Positions 49,741 through 58,668 of a DNA stretch of 64,000 nt are shown here, piece after piece (positions within the stretch are counted from its first letter, which is position 1; the number at the start of each line of letters is the position of its first letter). Source of the stretch: Acidobacteriota bacterium. Lineage in GTDB: Bacteria > Acidobacteriota > JAAYUB01. The translations under genes and the position numbers were made by a program. The stretch spans positions 20,427 to 84,426 of the forward strand of contig JAGOHA010000003.1 of assembly GCA_017996395.1 (NCBI GenBank), read 5' to 3'. The notes under the pieces are model-generated. The model was not told the origin of the DNA and did no database searches. It was given only the letters and a program-made list of their open reading frames with translations.

Positions 49741-50202
49741 ATGATGAAGAAACTGATCGCCACCGCCCTGATGCTCGTACTGGCCCTATCCATCGCCCCT
49801 CTGGCAGTTATCGGGAAGACAACTATCGCCTTCACGGAATCCGAGTACGCCAAATCACTGAACTTGAAACTGAACCTGCAGAAACCCGATTTGAACGCCT
49901 ACGTTGGCACCGGTAAGGAAATGATCGTGATCAAGACGAAGAAGGAAATCGTGTACTACGAGCGGTTCACCTGGCTGAGCTCGGCCATGCCGGCCGATGA
50001 GGCCATCCGCCATGCCGCCTATCTCAATTTCCTGTCCCAGGCGGCCGATATTCCCAGCGGCACCCCGGAGTATGATCAATTAGCCGCCGCCGTGAAGTCG
50101 AACACCGCTGAATTCATCCTGCGGGGCCTGTTCCAGGTTCGCGTCCGCGCCGAGAACGGCGACAAAGGCGCCAAGCACTTTGTAGAAATCTACGTCAAGT
50201 AA
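49741..50202 (+). CDS. Small secreted hypothetical protein (low-GC gene)
   Basis: Signal peptide MMKKLIATALMLVLALSIAPLAV; AT-rich upstream region; terminator downstream. Confidence 0.5.
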   Translation: MMKKLIATALMLVLALSIAPLAVIGKTTIAFTESEYAKSLNLKLNLQKPDLNAYVGTGKEMIVIKTKKEIVYYERFTWLSSAMPADEAIRHAAYLNFLSQAADIPSGTPEYDQLAAAVKSNTAEFILRGLFQVRVRAENGDKGAKHFVEIYVK

Positions 50203-50204
50203 GA

Positions 50205-51599
50205 TTAGTCATCTTCACGGAGCCGTTCCTTCGGGACGGCTCTTTTTTTTTGCCAGTCAAGTGTCCACGCTCCGAACACCCCGCCGCCGACACAGCCGAA
50301 CCAGACCGCCAGCAGCCAGTTGACTCCGGTGAGGACCGCCCCGAATCCAACCAGAGCACCAGCCAGGCTCAACCCGGCAGCCAATCGGTTACCGATCCGC
50401 ATACTCTGACCGGCCACTGCCAGCAGGAGCAGCGGACTGACAGCCGCGGCATAAATCTGGTAACCCGCCAGAAGCGCCCCGATGATCGACGGATAGATGA
50501 GCGCGGTGGCCAGCGAAATGAGCAACACCAGGGGAACCGCGACGCGCATCCGTCGTCGAAAAGCGTCCCGATCCGGGTGGGCCGGCTCCGGCTTCAGCTC
50601 CATGACCAGGATCGAGGATGCCGTCAGCAGGCAGGTGTCGGCCGACGAAATGACGGCGGCCAGCAAGCCCGCAAGCACCAGGCCTTGTCCCCACTCGGGC
50701 AGCACGGCGACGGTCAGGGACGGCAACAAGGCGTCCCCTGTGGTCAAGGGCAAGACCGCCGCACCGATCACGCCGATGACGGAGATCCAGATGCTGAACG
50801 GGATCAGCAGCGTGCCGCAGGCGATCGCCGCTCGACGGAATGTCACCGCGGTTCGCGCGCAGAGAAATCTGGAAAAAATGTCCGGTCCCGTGGCGAACAG
50901 GATAAAGGTCACCAGAGCCATGGACAGATAATCGCCACTCCTGACAGGGAGGTCGGCGATGAACTCCGTCCAGCGTGCCTGCAACAGCGCGGCTGGCTCT
51001 CCCGCTGCAAGTGCCCGCCAGGCCGCCACCCCCAGCATGGTGATGCCGATGGTCAGCGCACCCAACTGCAGCAGGTCCGTCCGCAACACCGATTTCTGCC
51101 CGCCGGCCGTCACATAAACGCCGAGGAGAAGGGCGGCAATCGCCATCGCCAACCACGCCGGGCAACCCGCCACAGGCCCGACAATCCAGCCGATGGCCAG
51201 CAGTTGGGCGGCGATCACGCCGATCCAGCCCGTCACGATGAGCAGCCCGGACAAGCGCCGGACCAGCGGCCCGTACTGGCACCCCAGATACTCCGGCACC
51301 GTGTAGACCGTCTCGGTCTGTCGAAGTCGTCGCGCGGCCCAACCGGCGGCGATCAGGCCCAGCGCTCCGCCCCACAGCCACGCCGACGCGCCGAAACCGC
51401 TCGTCGCCGCCAGGCCGCAGATTCCCAGTGTTGCCGAGGCGCCGACGATCGTCGCCCCCAGGCTGCCGAAAACCTGCCAGAATGCACCCCGTCGGCCGGC
51501 CACGAAATAATCGTCCGGTCGACGGGAGGCCCGGGCGTGCCAAAGTCCGGCGCCAGCGACCGCCGCCAGGTAAGCGATGATGATGACTGCGCGGACCAA
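50205..51599 (-). CDS. Sodium:solute symporter-like polytopic transporter
   Basis: About 13 predicted TM segments; the N-terminus resembles SSF (FVAGRRGAFWQVFGSLGATIVGASATLG). Confidence 0.55.
   Translation of the reverse strand: MVRAVIIIAYLAAVAGAGLWHARASRRPDDYFVAGRRGAFWQVFGSLGATIVGASATLGICGLAATSGFGASAWLWGGALGLIAAGWAARRLRQTETVYTVPEYLGCQYGPLVRRLSGLLIVTGWIGVIAAQLLAIGWIVGPVAGCPAWLAMAIAALLLGVYVTAGGQKSVLRTDLLQLGALTIGITMLGVAAWRALAAGEPAALLQARWTEFIADLPVRSGDYLSMALVTFILFATGPDIFSRFLCARTAVTFRRAAIACGTLLIPFSIWISVIGVIGAAVLPLTTGDALLPSLTVAVLPEWGQGLVLAGLLAAVISSADTCLLTASSILVMELKPEPAHPDRDAFRRRMRVAVPLVLLISLATALIYPSIIGALLAGYQIYAAAVSPLLLLAVAGQSMRIGNRLAAGLSLAGALVGFGAVLTGVNWLLAVWFGCVGGGVFGAWTLDWQKKRAVPKERLREDD
50219..50251 (+). 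terminator. Rho-independent terminator for the 49741 gene, embedded in the last codons of the convergent minus-strand gene
   Basis: GGAGCCGTTCC-ttc-GGGACGGCTC followed by TTTTTTTTT. Confidence 0.65.
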
Positions 51600-51606
51600 T
51601 CCGGCC

Positions 51607-52965
51607 TCAGGCGTCGGGTTTGTCGCCGGAGGGAGCGCCCACGCCCCCCTTCCGAAGCAGGATGAACAGCCAGTACCCCAAACCGATCACCAACGCCAGA
51701 ATCACAGCGATGAGCACCGTCCGTTCCACCTGTTCCCGGCGGGAGGCGCCCGCCTGGGGGTCGTAGTCAGGATTGCCGGAGACCGCTCCCATGGTAACCT
51801 GGGTACGGGCCTGATCGGCCCAGGCATCGCTGCCGCCAAAACGATCAATGTCGTAATTGGGGGCGCGGACCGAACGGGCGCCCACCATCAGCCGGTACGG
51901 TTGCCGATCGTTGTCAGCCACGAAGAAAATCTCCCGGGTCGGGCTTTCAAATGACAGGGAACGGATTTCCAGTGGCGGGCTGTCGCCATTTTCTATGGCG
52001 ATCCGGTACTGCGCGATACCGGTACCCGGCAGATCCAGATGCAACCGTCGCTCCGGCCGACCGCCCAGCGGGAATGCGCAGATGGTGCCGCTGGCGAAGG
52101 GTTGCCAGCTCCCATCACGGCCGTTCGGGCTGCTTTCAACGGCCACCGTGCGGTAGAAAACCGGCGTGGTCACGTCGAACTGAATCCGACCGGCGGGAAG
52201 GCGCACGGGAATATCGATCACCGTCTGCCGGCTGGCATTCTGAACGGCCGGCACGGGCCGCAGCGGCCAGCGGTCGATGCGGGGGCCTCCGGGTTCCTCC
52301 TGCACCGATCGTCCATGGACGGCGTCGATTCTAAGCTGCTTCGCCCAGCTTCGACTGAAGATGATCTCCAGCCCCGTGGCGGTCACCTGTACGGTGTCAC
52401 GGTTCTCCGGCGCCGCTTCAGAATCCGTGATCCGCAGAACCAGCGCTCGCGCATCGGTGGCGGGAAAATCCACCCGAGTTCGCCGCAGGTCTACGTGAGA
52501 TGAAAAGTCATAAATTGTGTCCTGGCCGATAACGGGGCCGGCTGGATCGTTCGCGATCACCGTGACCTGTTTCCGGAAGTCTCGTTCCGGGATCGTGAAA
52601 TCGATCCCGCTCACGGCGCCTATCGCCTCAGGCACCGTGACGGTCAGCTGAACACTCCCCCTGCTATTTTCGTAGCTGGTGATTGTGAGGGGGGCTTCGG
52701 TTATCTTGGGCTGCAGACGGCTGAAACGGACGACGAATGGAATTTCGCGCCCGTCGGCGTCATACAGACGCATGTCCGCCAGATTGGATTCGCTGCGGGT
52801 CAACAGCTCCAGCGGGAGCGGGATTCGGCAGATGGCGTGCCGCCGGATTGCGCCCCGGATTTCCGCCTGGTATTTGAACTGCTCCACAGTGGGGCTGTCA
52901 ACCTGGGCCATCGTCGCTCCGGCGGCGATCGCCAGCCACACCCCCAACAGCTGATGCCGGCTCAT
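51607..52965 (-). CDS. DUF3999-like protein (signal peptide, C-terminal TM)
   Basis: Starts MSRHQLLGVWLAIAAGATMA. The 940-aa track ORF extends upstream in an artefactual frame. The start overlaps the DUF2339 stop by ATGA. Confidence 0.5.
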   Translation of the reverse strand: MSRHQLLGVWLAIAAGATMAQVDSPTVEQFKYQAEIRGAIRRHAICRIPLPLELLTRSESNLADMRLYDADGREIPFVVRFSRLQPKITEAPLTITSYENSRGSVQLTVTVPEAIGAVSGIDFTIPERDFRKQVTVIANDPAGPVIGQDTIYDFSSHVDLRRTRVDFPATDARALVLRITDSEAAPENRDTVQVTATGLEIIFSRSWAKQLRIDAVHGRSVQEEPGGPRIDRWPLRPVPAVQNASRQTVIDIPVRLPAGRIQFDVTTPVFYRTVAVESSPNGRDGSWQPFASGTICAFPLGGRPERRLHLDLPGTGIAQYRIAIENGDSPPLEIRSLSFESPTREIFFVADNDRQPYRLMVGARSVRAPNYDIDRFGGSDAWADQARTQVTMGAVSGNPDYDPQAGASRREQVERTVLIAVILALVIGLGYWLFILLRKGGVGAPSGDKPDA

Positions 52966-54935
52966 GGTTGTCCCTCCGGTTTGTCCGCATCCGGCCGAGG
53001 CCCCAGGAGCACTTCCTTGTAGCGGTGGTAAAGGTACGACACGCCGACAAGCAACAACCCCAGGACAAAGCATGAAATGATGCGGTAGGGGGTTTTCACT
53101 TCGGCCATGTCCCAGATGAGCACCTTGAGGATCGTCAGGCTGAACAACGCCAGCGACAGCCGACGCAGCGACGGCCGGTTCCACCGGAAACCCAGCAGCA
53201 TGAGCATCACCGAGTACAAGCTCCAGAGCACCGACACCGCAGCAAACCGCCCGGTGGGCAGATAGTCGTAGAAAAACGCGTTGACTTCCAGGTTCAGCAC
53301 GCCGAACAGCAGCACGCTCCAGCCGATTGCGGCCAGGACGGCCAGCGTGTTGCGCAGCGCCTGATGCTCCGGGCGTGGCAGGTAGTACTTGACCAGCCGG
53401 TAAAACAGGATCGTCAGCCCGATGACCACCGCGGCGGACAGCCAGCGGTCCACGGCGCAGCTCATGTAACCGGCCGGGAAACAGAGGCTGTCCAGATCCA
53501 GATCGAAATTGTCGAGATAATCCCAGAGCAGCAGCTTGCCGCCGGCCAGAGTCAGCACACCCGCGCCGGCGAGCTGCAAGGTGGGGCGTCCCAGCCGCAG
53601 TCCCATCCACAGAAGCGCAACCGCCTGGGCCGCCCAGAACACGGTGATCCAATGTTCCGAGAAAATGATGGGCACGGTGATGAACAGAAACAGCATCGCC
53701 TTGGCCAGCAGCACGACGAACGCGCCCACACTCCGCTGGCCCCGCCGCTCCAGAAAGGCGGCCAGTGCGAGGAAGATGAACGCGTACGTCACCGATACAA
53801 CGCTGGCCCAGATACCGTCCGAACGGTCGGCGATGAGCCCATAGCTCACGCTGAAGGCCAGCAAGGAGTTCGGCGTGATGATCAGGAAGCCCCACAGTCG
53901 ATCGATCCGGCCTCGGAAGCACTGGTAAGCGAAGGGCATCAGGGTGTAGATGAGGTAGAAGATGTTTAGGAAAATGATTGCGGGCCAGAACTTCGACGCA
54001 TTGTAGTGGGTGACACCCCAGGCGAAGTAGGTGATGTACGTGAAGATGAAGCCCAGGGCGTTCAGCAAGGCCCACTGCTTGCGGAAGGCGATGACCAGGA
54101 GGCCCAGGTTCAGGACCGTAAGGTAGGTCATCAGGGCGATCTGGTTGTCCTGGCCGGTGCTGAGCAAGAGTGGGGTCAGAAAACCGCCGATCATCGCCAG
54201 GGCCGCCAGCCACTTGTTGTCGTAGACCACTGCCAGGGCACAGCCCAGCGCCGTGATCAGGACCATCACGCCAAAGGCAAGGGCCTGTCCGAACAGCTGG
54301 TAGATCTGGAAACCGGCGAACGTCGCGAAATAGAGGACCGCCACGCCGCCGCCCGCCAGACAGAGCCCGAAAACCCGGTAGCCCCGACGGCGGAAGAGCT
54401 CTCCCGCTCCGAGCAACCCGATCCCCCACAGAAACGCCAGTGCGACCCGGCCGGCCGGACCGATCCAGGCCCGGTCAAAGGAGTATTTCAGAAAGTACCC
54501 CACCGCCAGCACGATGATGATCACTCCGATGGCCAGGATCCACTTCTGACCCAGGCGAACCTCCATCTCCGGCGCCCGGGCGACGGTGCGCGGCGCCTGT
54601 TGCGGGGGGACGGTTGGCGCCGGAGCCGGCTCTGTTTTCGGCTGCTGCTCCGCTGCGGCGGATCGGACTGCGGCGAGCGTCCCGGCTGCCTGAGATTCGG
54701 GCTGAGGTTCGACCGGCGTGGCCACCAGATGCTCGCTCAAAGCCGTGACGCGACCATCGAGCTGGTCCAGATTCTCCCACAACCCGCGGACCTGCTTTCG
54801 GACGACCTGCAGCTGTTGCCGCAGTTCCTGAAAAGCCCGAGCCCGCTCCAGTTCGTCATCCGAAAACCTGTGGCCGCACTGCATGCAGTGCCGGGCCAAT
54901 TCGGCGATGCTCGCATGACATTGGGGGCACTTCAC
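52962..54935 (-). CDS. DUF2339-like polytopic membrane protein with an N-terminal zinc ribbon
   Basis: MKCPQCHASIAELARHCMQCGHRF (CxxC...CxxC), coiled coil, Pro/Ala linker, then about 20 TM helices. Confidence 0.55.
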   Translation of the reverse strand: MKCPQCHASIAELARHCMQCGHRFSDDELERARAFQELRQQLQVVRKQVRGLWENLDQLDGRVTALSEHLVATPVEPQPESQAAGTLAAVRSAAAEQQPKTEPAPAPTVPPQQAPRTVARAPEMEVRLGQKWILAIGVIIIVLAVGYFLKYSFDRAWIGPAGRVALAFLWGIGLLGAGELFRRRGYRVFGLCLAGGGVAVLYFATFAGFQIYQLFGQALAFGVMVLITALGCALAVVYDNKWLAALAMIGGFLTPLLLSTGQDNQIALMTYLTVLNLGLLVIAFRKQWALLNALGFIFTYITYFAWGVTHYNASKFWPAIIFLNIFYLIYTLMPFAYQCFRGRIDRLWGFLIITPNSLLAFSVSYGLIADRSDGIWASVVSVTYAFIFLALAAFLERRGQRSVGAFVVLLAKAMLFLFITVPIIFSEHWITVFWAAQAVALLWMGLRLGRPTLQLAGAGVLTLAGGKLLLWDYLDNFDLDLDSLCFPAGYMSCAVDRWLSAAVVIGLTILFYRLVKYYLPRPEHQALRNTLAVLAAIGWSVLLFGVLNLEVNAFFYDYLPTGRFAAVSVLWSLYSVMLMLLGFRWNRPSLRRLSLALFSLTILKVLIWDMAEVKTPYRIISCFVLGLLLVGVSYLYHRYKEVLLGPRPDADKPEGQP

Positions 54936-55061
54936 GACGACCTCCTCGGACCGATTCGAATGGTGCGGTGCACGTTGGGGACATTGTCAGCGATACCCCC
55001 ACCGAAGTCAATCGCATCAGGGCCACACCGCGACACTTCCCCGCGGCGGTTTGCATAAAAC

Positions 55062-55100
55062 AAAAAAAGGGCAGCCTGGATTCAGGCATGCCCTGTAAAA
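55062..55100 (-). terminator. Rho-independent terminator downstream of tRNA-Phe (minus strand)
   Basis: Minus-strand read AGGGCA-loop-TGCCCT followed by TTTTTTTG. Confidence 0.55.
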
Positions 55101-55103
55101 GGA

Positions 55104-55179
55104 TGGTGCCGAGGGACGGAATTGAACCGCCGACACAGGGATTTTCAGTCCCCTGCTCTACCGGCTGAGCTACCTCGGC
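55104..55179 (-). tRNA. tRNA-Phe (anticodon GAA), CCA encoded
   Basis: Reverse complement GCCGAGGTAGCTCAGCCGGTAGAGCAGGGGACTGAAAATCCCTGTGTCGGCGGTTCAATTCCGTCCCTCGGCACCA: 7-bp acceptor stem, anticodon loop CTGAAAA, T-loop GGTTCAATTCC. Confidence 0.9.
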
Positions 55180-55398
55180 CACCGCTTCGAAGCGATATCG
55201 CCAAACCCAAAGAACCGAGCGAAGGGCTGGATTATAAAGACGCCTCCGGGCCCTGTCAACTGCTTTTTATCCCGCCGTCATGTTCGGGCGCACATGCAGA
55301 TCACGGCAGGGACGGGATTTACCATCTTCGCCGTCGGCAAAACGGATTGCAATTCGACACCCCATCTGCTAGATTGAACTGCTTGACAGGAAGCGCAC

Positions 55399-56073
55399 AT
55401 GTACAAGGGCAACCGGATCACGGTGGTCATCCCGTGCCTCAATGAAGAGGAAGGGATTCCGCTCGTCCTGAAACAGATTCCCAACTTCGTGGACGAGGTC
55501 CTCGTCGTCGACAACGGTTCCACCGACCGGACCGCCGACATCGCCACCTCCTTTGGCGCCACGGTCATCCAGGAAAGCATCCGCGGGTATGGCCGGGCTT
55601 ACAAGACCGGTCTGGCCAACGCCCAAGGGGATATTATCATCACCCTGGACGGCGACCATTCCTACCCTGTGGACGCCATTTCGTATCTCATCGAGGCCCT
55701 GCTCCACTCCGGCGTCCGCTTCGTCTCGGCCTCACGGTTTCCGGTACAAAATCCCGAAGCCATGTCCTTCAAGCACAAATTCGGCAACATCGTGCTCAGC
55801 CTGTGCCTGTCGCTGCTCTACTTCCGCTGGGTGCGCGATTCGCAGTCGGGCATGTGGATCTTCTACCGGGAAATCCTGAAGCAGTTCCGGCTCCGCAGCG
55901 ACCTGATGGCGTTCTCGGAAGAGATCAAGATCGAGGCCATTCGCAACCGGGAAGTCGGATTTCGGGAGATCCCCATCAACTTCTCGAACCGGATGGGCGA
56001 AATCAAACTCCAACCGTGGCGAGACGGTTTCCGCAACCTGCTGTTCCTGTTCCAGAAGCGGTTCCGGCCGTGA
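55399..56073 (+). CDS. GT2-family glycosyltransferase (polyprenyl-phosphate sugar synthase-like)
   Basis: ITVVIPCLNEEEGI...VLVVDNGSTDRT...TLDGDHSY (GT-A DxD region). Confidence 0.75.
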   Translation: MYKGNRITVVIPCLNEEEGIPLVLKQIPNFVDEVLVVDNGSTDRTADIATSFGATVIQESIRGYGRAYKTGLANAQGDIIITLDGDHSYPVDAISYLIEALLHSGVRFVSASRFPVQNPEAMSFKHKFGNIVLSLCLSLLYFRWVRDSQSGMWIFYREILKQFRLRSDLMAFSEEIKIEAIRNREVGFREIPINFSNRMGEIKLQPWRDGFRNLLFLFQKRFRP

Positions 56074-57044
56074 ACACACCGCCGCCAGCATGCCCGATCT
56101 GCGGGGCCGCGGACTCCTGCCGCTGGCTGGAGAACTCCGATTTCCTGTTTCACACGTCGCCCGTCGTCCACACCCTGCACCGCTGTCTGTCCTGCCGATG
56201 CGCATTTCTGCACCCCATGCCGGAACCCCGGGCGCTCGCGGATGCCTATCCGCGCCCCTACTGGTGGATCGCCCAGGACCGGCCCCGGGGCCTGTCGCAC
56301 AAGCTGGAGACGGTCTACCGGGAGGCGGTGTTGCGCCATCACGTCCACGTGGCTCGACGGCATCTGGCGGGGTCCGCGCCGAAAGTCCTCGATGTGGGCT
56401 GCGGCAGCGGCACCTTTCTCCATGTGCTGCGCCGGGTGACCGGCGTCGCGGGCGAAGGGCTCGACGCCTCGCCCGATGCCGCCCAGGCGGCCCAGGCTGC
56501 TTACGGGCTCCGGGTGCACGTCGGCGACATCGACACCGCCGATCTGCCCGAGCAGGGCTACGACCTTATCACGCTGTTCCATGTGCTGGAGCACCTGCCG
56601 CAACCCGGTGACGCGCTGAGCCGCGTCGGCCGGTGGCTGGCGCCCGGCGGCACCCTGCTGCTGCAGGTCCCCAACCTGGACAGCTGGCAATGCCGCTGGT
56701 TCGGCCGGCGCTGGAGCGGCCTGGACATCCCCCGCCACGTGGTGGGCTTCCAGCCGCACGCCATGGCCGACCTGCTTCGCCGGATCGGTTTCGAGCCCGG
56801 GCCGCCCCGGTTTTTCTCGCTGCGCGACAATGCGGCGGCGATCGCCACGTCGCTGGCCCCCGCCCTGGACCCCGTAGCTATGGCCGTCCGCGGCGACAAC
56901 CGCTTGGCGATTGCACGAAAAGTGTTATACTTCGCCCTGTTGGCGGCCGCGCAGCCACTGGCCCTGCTGGAGGCGATGGCCGCACGCGGCGGCACATTCT
57001 TCCTGCCGGCCCGCCGGATCATGACCCCACGGAGTCACGCATGA
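56070..57044 (+). CDS. Class I SAM-dependent methyltransferase with N-terminal Cys4 zinc-ribbon-like motifs
   Basis: GTG start overlapping the upstream stop. CPICG...C...CLSCRC, then VLDVGCGSGTFL (motif I) and ...LLLQVPN... Confidence 0.65.
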   Translation: MNTPPPACPICGAADSCRWLENSDFLFHTSPVVHTLHRCLSCRCAFLHPMPEPRALADAYPRPYWWIAQDRPRGLSHKLETVYREAVLRHHVHVARRHLAGSAPKVLDVGCGSGTFLHVLRRVTGVAGEGLDASPDAAQAAQAAYGLRVHVGDIDTADLPEQGYDLITLFHVLEHLPQPGDALSRVGRWLAPGGTLLLQVPNLDSWQCRWFGRRWSGLDIPRHVVGFQPHAMADLLRRIGFEPGPPRFFSLRDNAAAIATSLAPALDPVAMAVRGDNRLAIARKVLYFALLAAAQPLALLEAMAARGGTFFLPARRIMTPRSHA

Positions 57045-57568
57045 GCCAGATGCATCACATCAATATCGTTTTCACGGGTGGAACCATCGAAAAAATCTAC
57101 GACGAAGTTCAGGGCGGCATCGACAACATCGAAAGCTGGATCGACCGTGAATTCCCGCCGCTGCGTCTCCCCTATGTCCGGCTGCATTCGCTGCGGCTCA
57201 TGAACATCGACAGCCTCCAGATGACCGACGAGCACCGCCAAGTAATCGCCCAGACCATCCAGCGCCTCCAGGAAGACGGTCGTCCCATCGTCCTCACCCA
57301 TGGCACGGACACCATGGTGGACACCGGACGCTACATCAAGTCGCATCTGTCGCAGATCAAGGTCCCCATCGTCCTGACCGGCGCCATGCTGCCGCTGGTG
57401 GTGCAAAACAGCGACGGCATCCAGAATCTCACCGAAGCGCTCTTCGCCACGAAATTCCTCCCCCCCGGCGTCCACATCGTCTTCCACAATGAGGTCTACG
57501 ACGTGGACCGGGTCCGCAAAAATCGCCAGGCCAAAACCTTCGAACGGATTGAAAACGGCGGGAAGTGA
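57041..57568 (+). CDS. Standalone L-asparaginase N-terminal-domain-like protein (about 175 aa)
   Basis: IVFTGGTIEK (asparaginase GGTI nucleophile motif) and LTHGTDTMVDTG (HGTDTM motif). No asparaginase C-domain follows. Confidence 0.55.
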   Translation: MSQMHHINIVFTGGTIEKIYDEVQGGIDNIESWIDREFPPLRLPYVRLHSLRLMNIDSLQMTDEHRQVIAQTIQRLQEDGRPIVLTHGTDTMVDTGRYIKSHLSQIKVPIVLTGAMLPLVVQNSDGIQNLTEALFATKFLPPGVHIVFHNEVYDVDRVRKNRQAKTFERIENGGK

Positions 57569-57943
57569 TCAGTCCTTGGCCGGCGGCTCCTCGCCTCCTA
57601 AAGGCGATCGGTATTCCAGTCGGGCTTCCAGCAAGGCCAGCCTCTGGGCCAGCACCTGGTTCTGACGGGTCAGCTTGGACATCGCCAGTCCCTGGTGCAG
57701 CATGATCGCGAACAGGAACAGGATCGCCAGATAGAACACGAGCGATGGCGGATAGTAGATGCCCACCAACTGAGCCAGCCGGTTCAGCCAGCCTTCCGAA
57801 AGGATGAGCACCTGGATGCAGACGATGGCCGCCAGCCACAGGAGGGAGTACTTCTCCTTCAGTTTTTCCCGCCGGAGGAAGTGGATGATGGCCAGCAGGA
57901 GCAGGCCGTTGATCACTGTGGTGAAGATCTGGACGAACGTCAT
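57569..57943 (-). CDS. DUF2304-like small membrane protein (partner of GT2 polyprenyl-phosphate sugar synthases)
   Basis: 3 TM and a C-terminal coiled coil; sits immediately downstream of a GT2 gene, as in the known GT2/DUF2304 pairs. Confidence 0.45.
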   Translation of the reverse strand: MTFVQIFTTVINGLLLLAIIHFLRREKLKEKYSLLWLAAIVCIQVLILSEGWLNRLAQLVGIYYPPSLVFYLAILFLFAIMLHQGLAMSKLTRQNQVLAQRLALLEARLEYRSPLGGEEPPAKD

Positions 57944-57957
57944 GCGGCACCTCCGGC

Positions 57958-58668
57958 TCAGTAGCGGATCATATCGATCAAGATGGCCAGCGTTACCTTG
58001 ATCATGTAATACCCGGATCGCAGAAACGTGATCGACGACATGCCGGCGGATCGCTCGCGCATGGTCACCGGCACCTCGTCGACGCACATCTGCCATTTAT
58101 ACAGCATGATGATGACTTCGGGCTCCGGATAGTCGTCGGGGTAAAAGCGGCAGAGGCGCTGCATGGCCCGGCGGCTGTACAGGTGGAACCCTGACGTGGC
58201 GTCGGTCACCCGGAATCCCGTCAGCGCCCGGATCAGGCGGCAGAGGAAACCGATGGCCAGCCGCCGCAGCCAGGAGGATTGGAAACCGGCGCGGGAGAGA
58301 AAGCGGGAACCGACCAATAGGTCCACCGGCTGCCGGCGGATATGATCGAAGAAGCGGTGGATGTCGCTCGGATCATGCTGGCCATCACCGTCCAGGCGGA
58401 GCACCCAGTGGAATCCTTCGGCCAGCGCGTAAGCGATTCCGGTCTGGATGGCGGCGCCGATTCCCATGTTGAACGGCAATGTGACGACGACCGCCTCGTG
58501 GGCACGCGCCACCGCGGCGGTCCGGTCGGCGGATCCGTCGTCGATCACCAGCAGAGTCGCGGCGGGAAACTCGCGGTGGAGTTCGTCCAGGACAGCGCCG
58601 AGATTGCCCTCCTCGTTGTATGCGGGGATCAGAAAGAGCACTTCCCGGAGATCGAACGGCCGGTTCAT
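57958..58668 (-). CDS. GT2-family glycosyltransferase (DPM-synthase-like)
   Basis: VLFLIPAYNEEGNL...LLVIDDGSADRT...LDGDGQHDP. Start chosen at MNRPF (58668) rather than the track start at 58887. Confidence 0.7.
   Translation of the reverse strand: MNRPFDLREVLFLIPAYNEEGNLGAVLDELHREFPAATLLVIDDGSADRTAAVARAHEAVVVTLPFNMGIGAAIQTGIAYALAEGFHWVLRLDGDGQHDPSDIHRFFDHIRRQPVDLLVGSRFLSRAGFQSSWLRRLAIGFLCRLIRALTGFRVTDATSGFHLYSRRAMQRLCRFYPDDYPEPEVIIMLYKWQMCVDEVPVTMRERSAGMSSITFLRSGYYMIKVTLAILIDMIRY

Noticed and set aside
51607-54429. 940-aa minus-strand ORF
   Set aside because: Its N-terminal 490 aa overlap the DUF2339 gene in another frame and read as high-GC low-complexity (Arg/Gly/Pro-rich). The real gene starts at MSRHQ (52965), with a signal peptide.
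55384-55398. TTGACA hexamer as the promoter of the first GT2 gene
   Set aside because: It lies only 10 nt upstream of the ATG, too close to be a -35 element for that gene unless the transcript is leaderless. No matching -10 element was seen.
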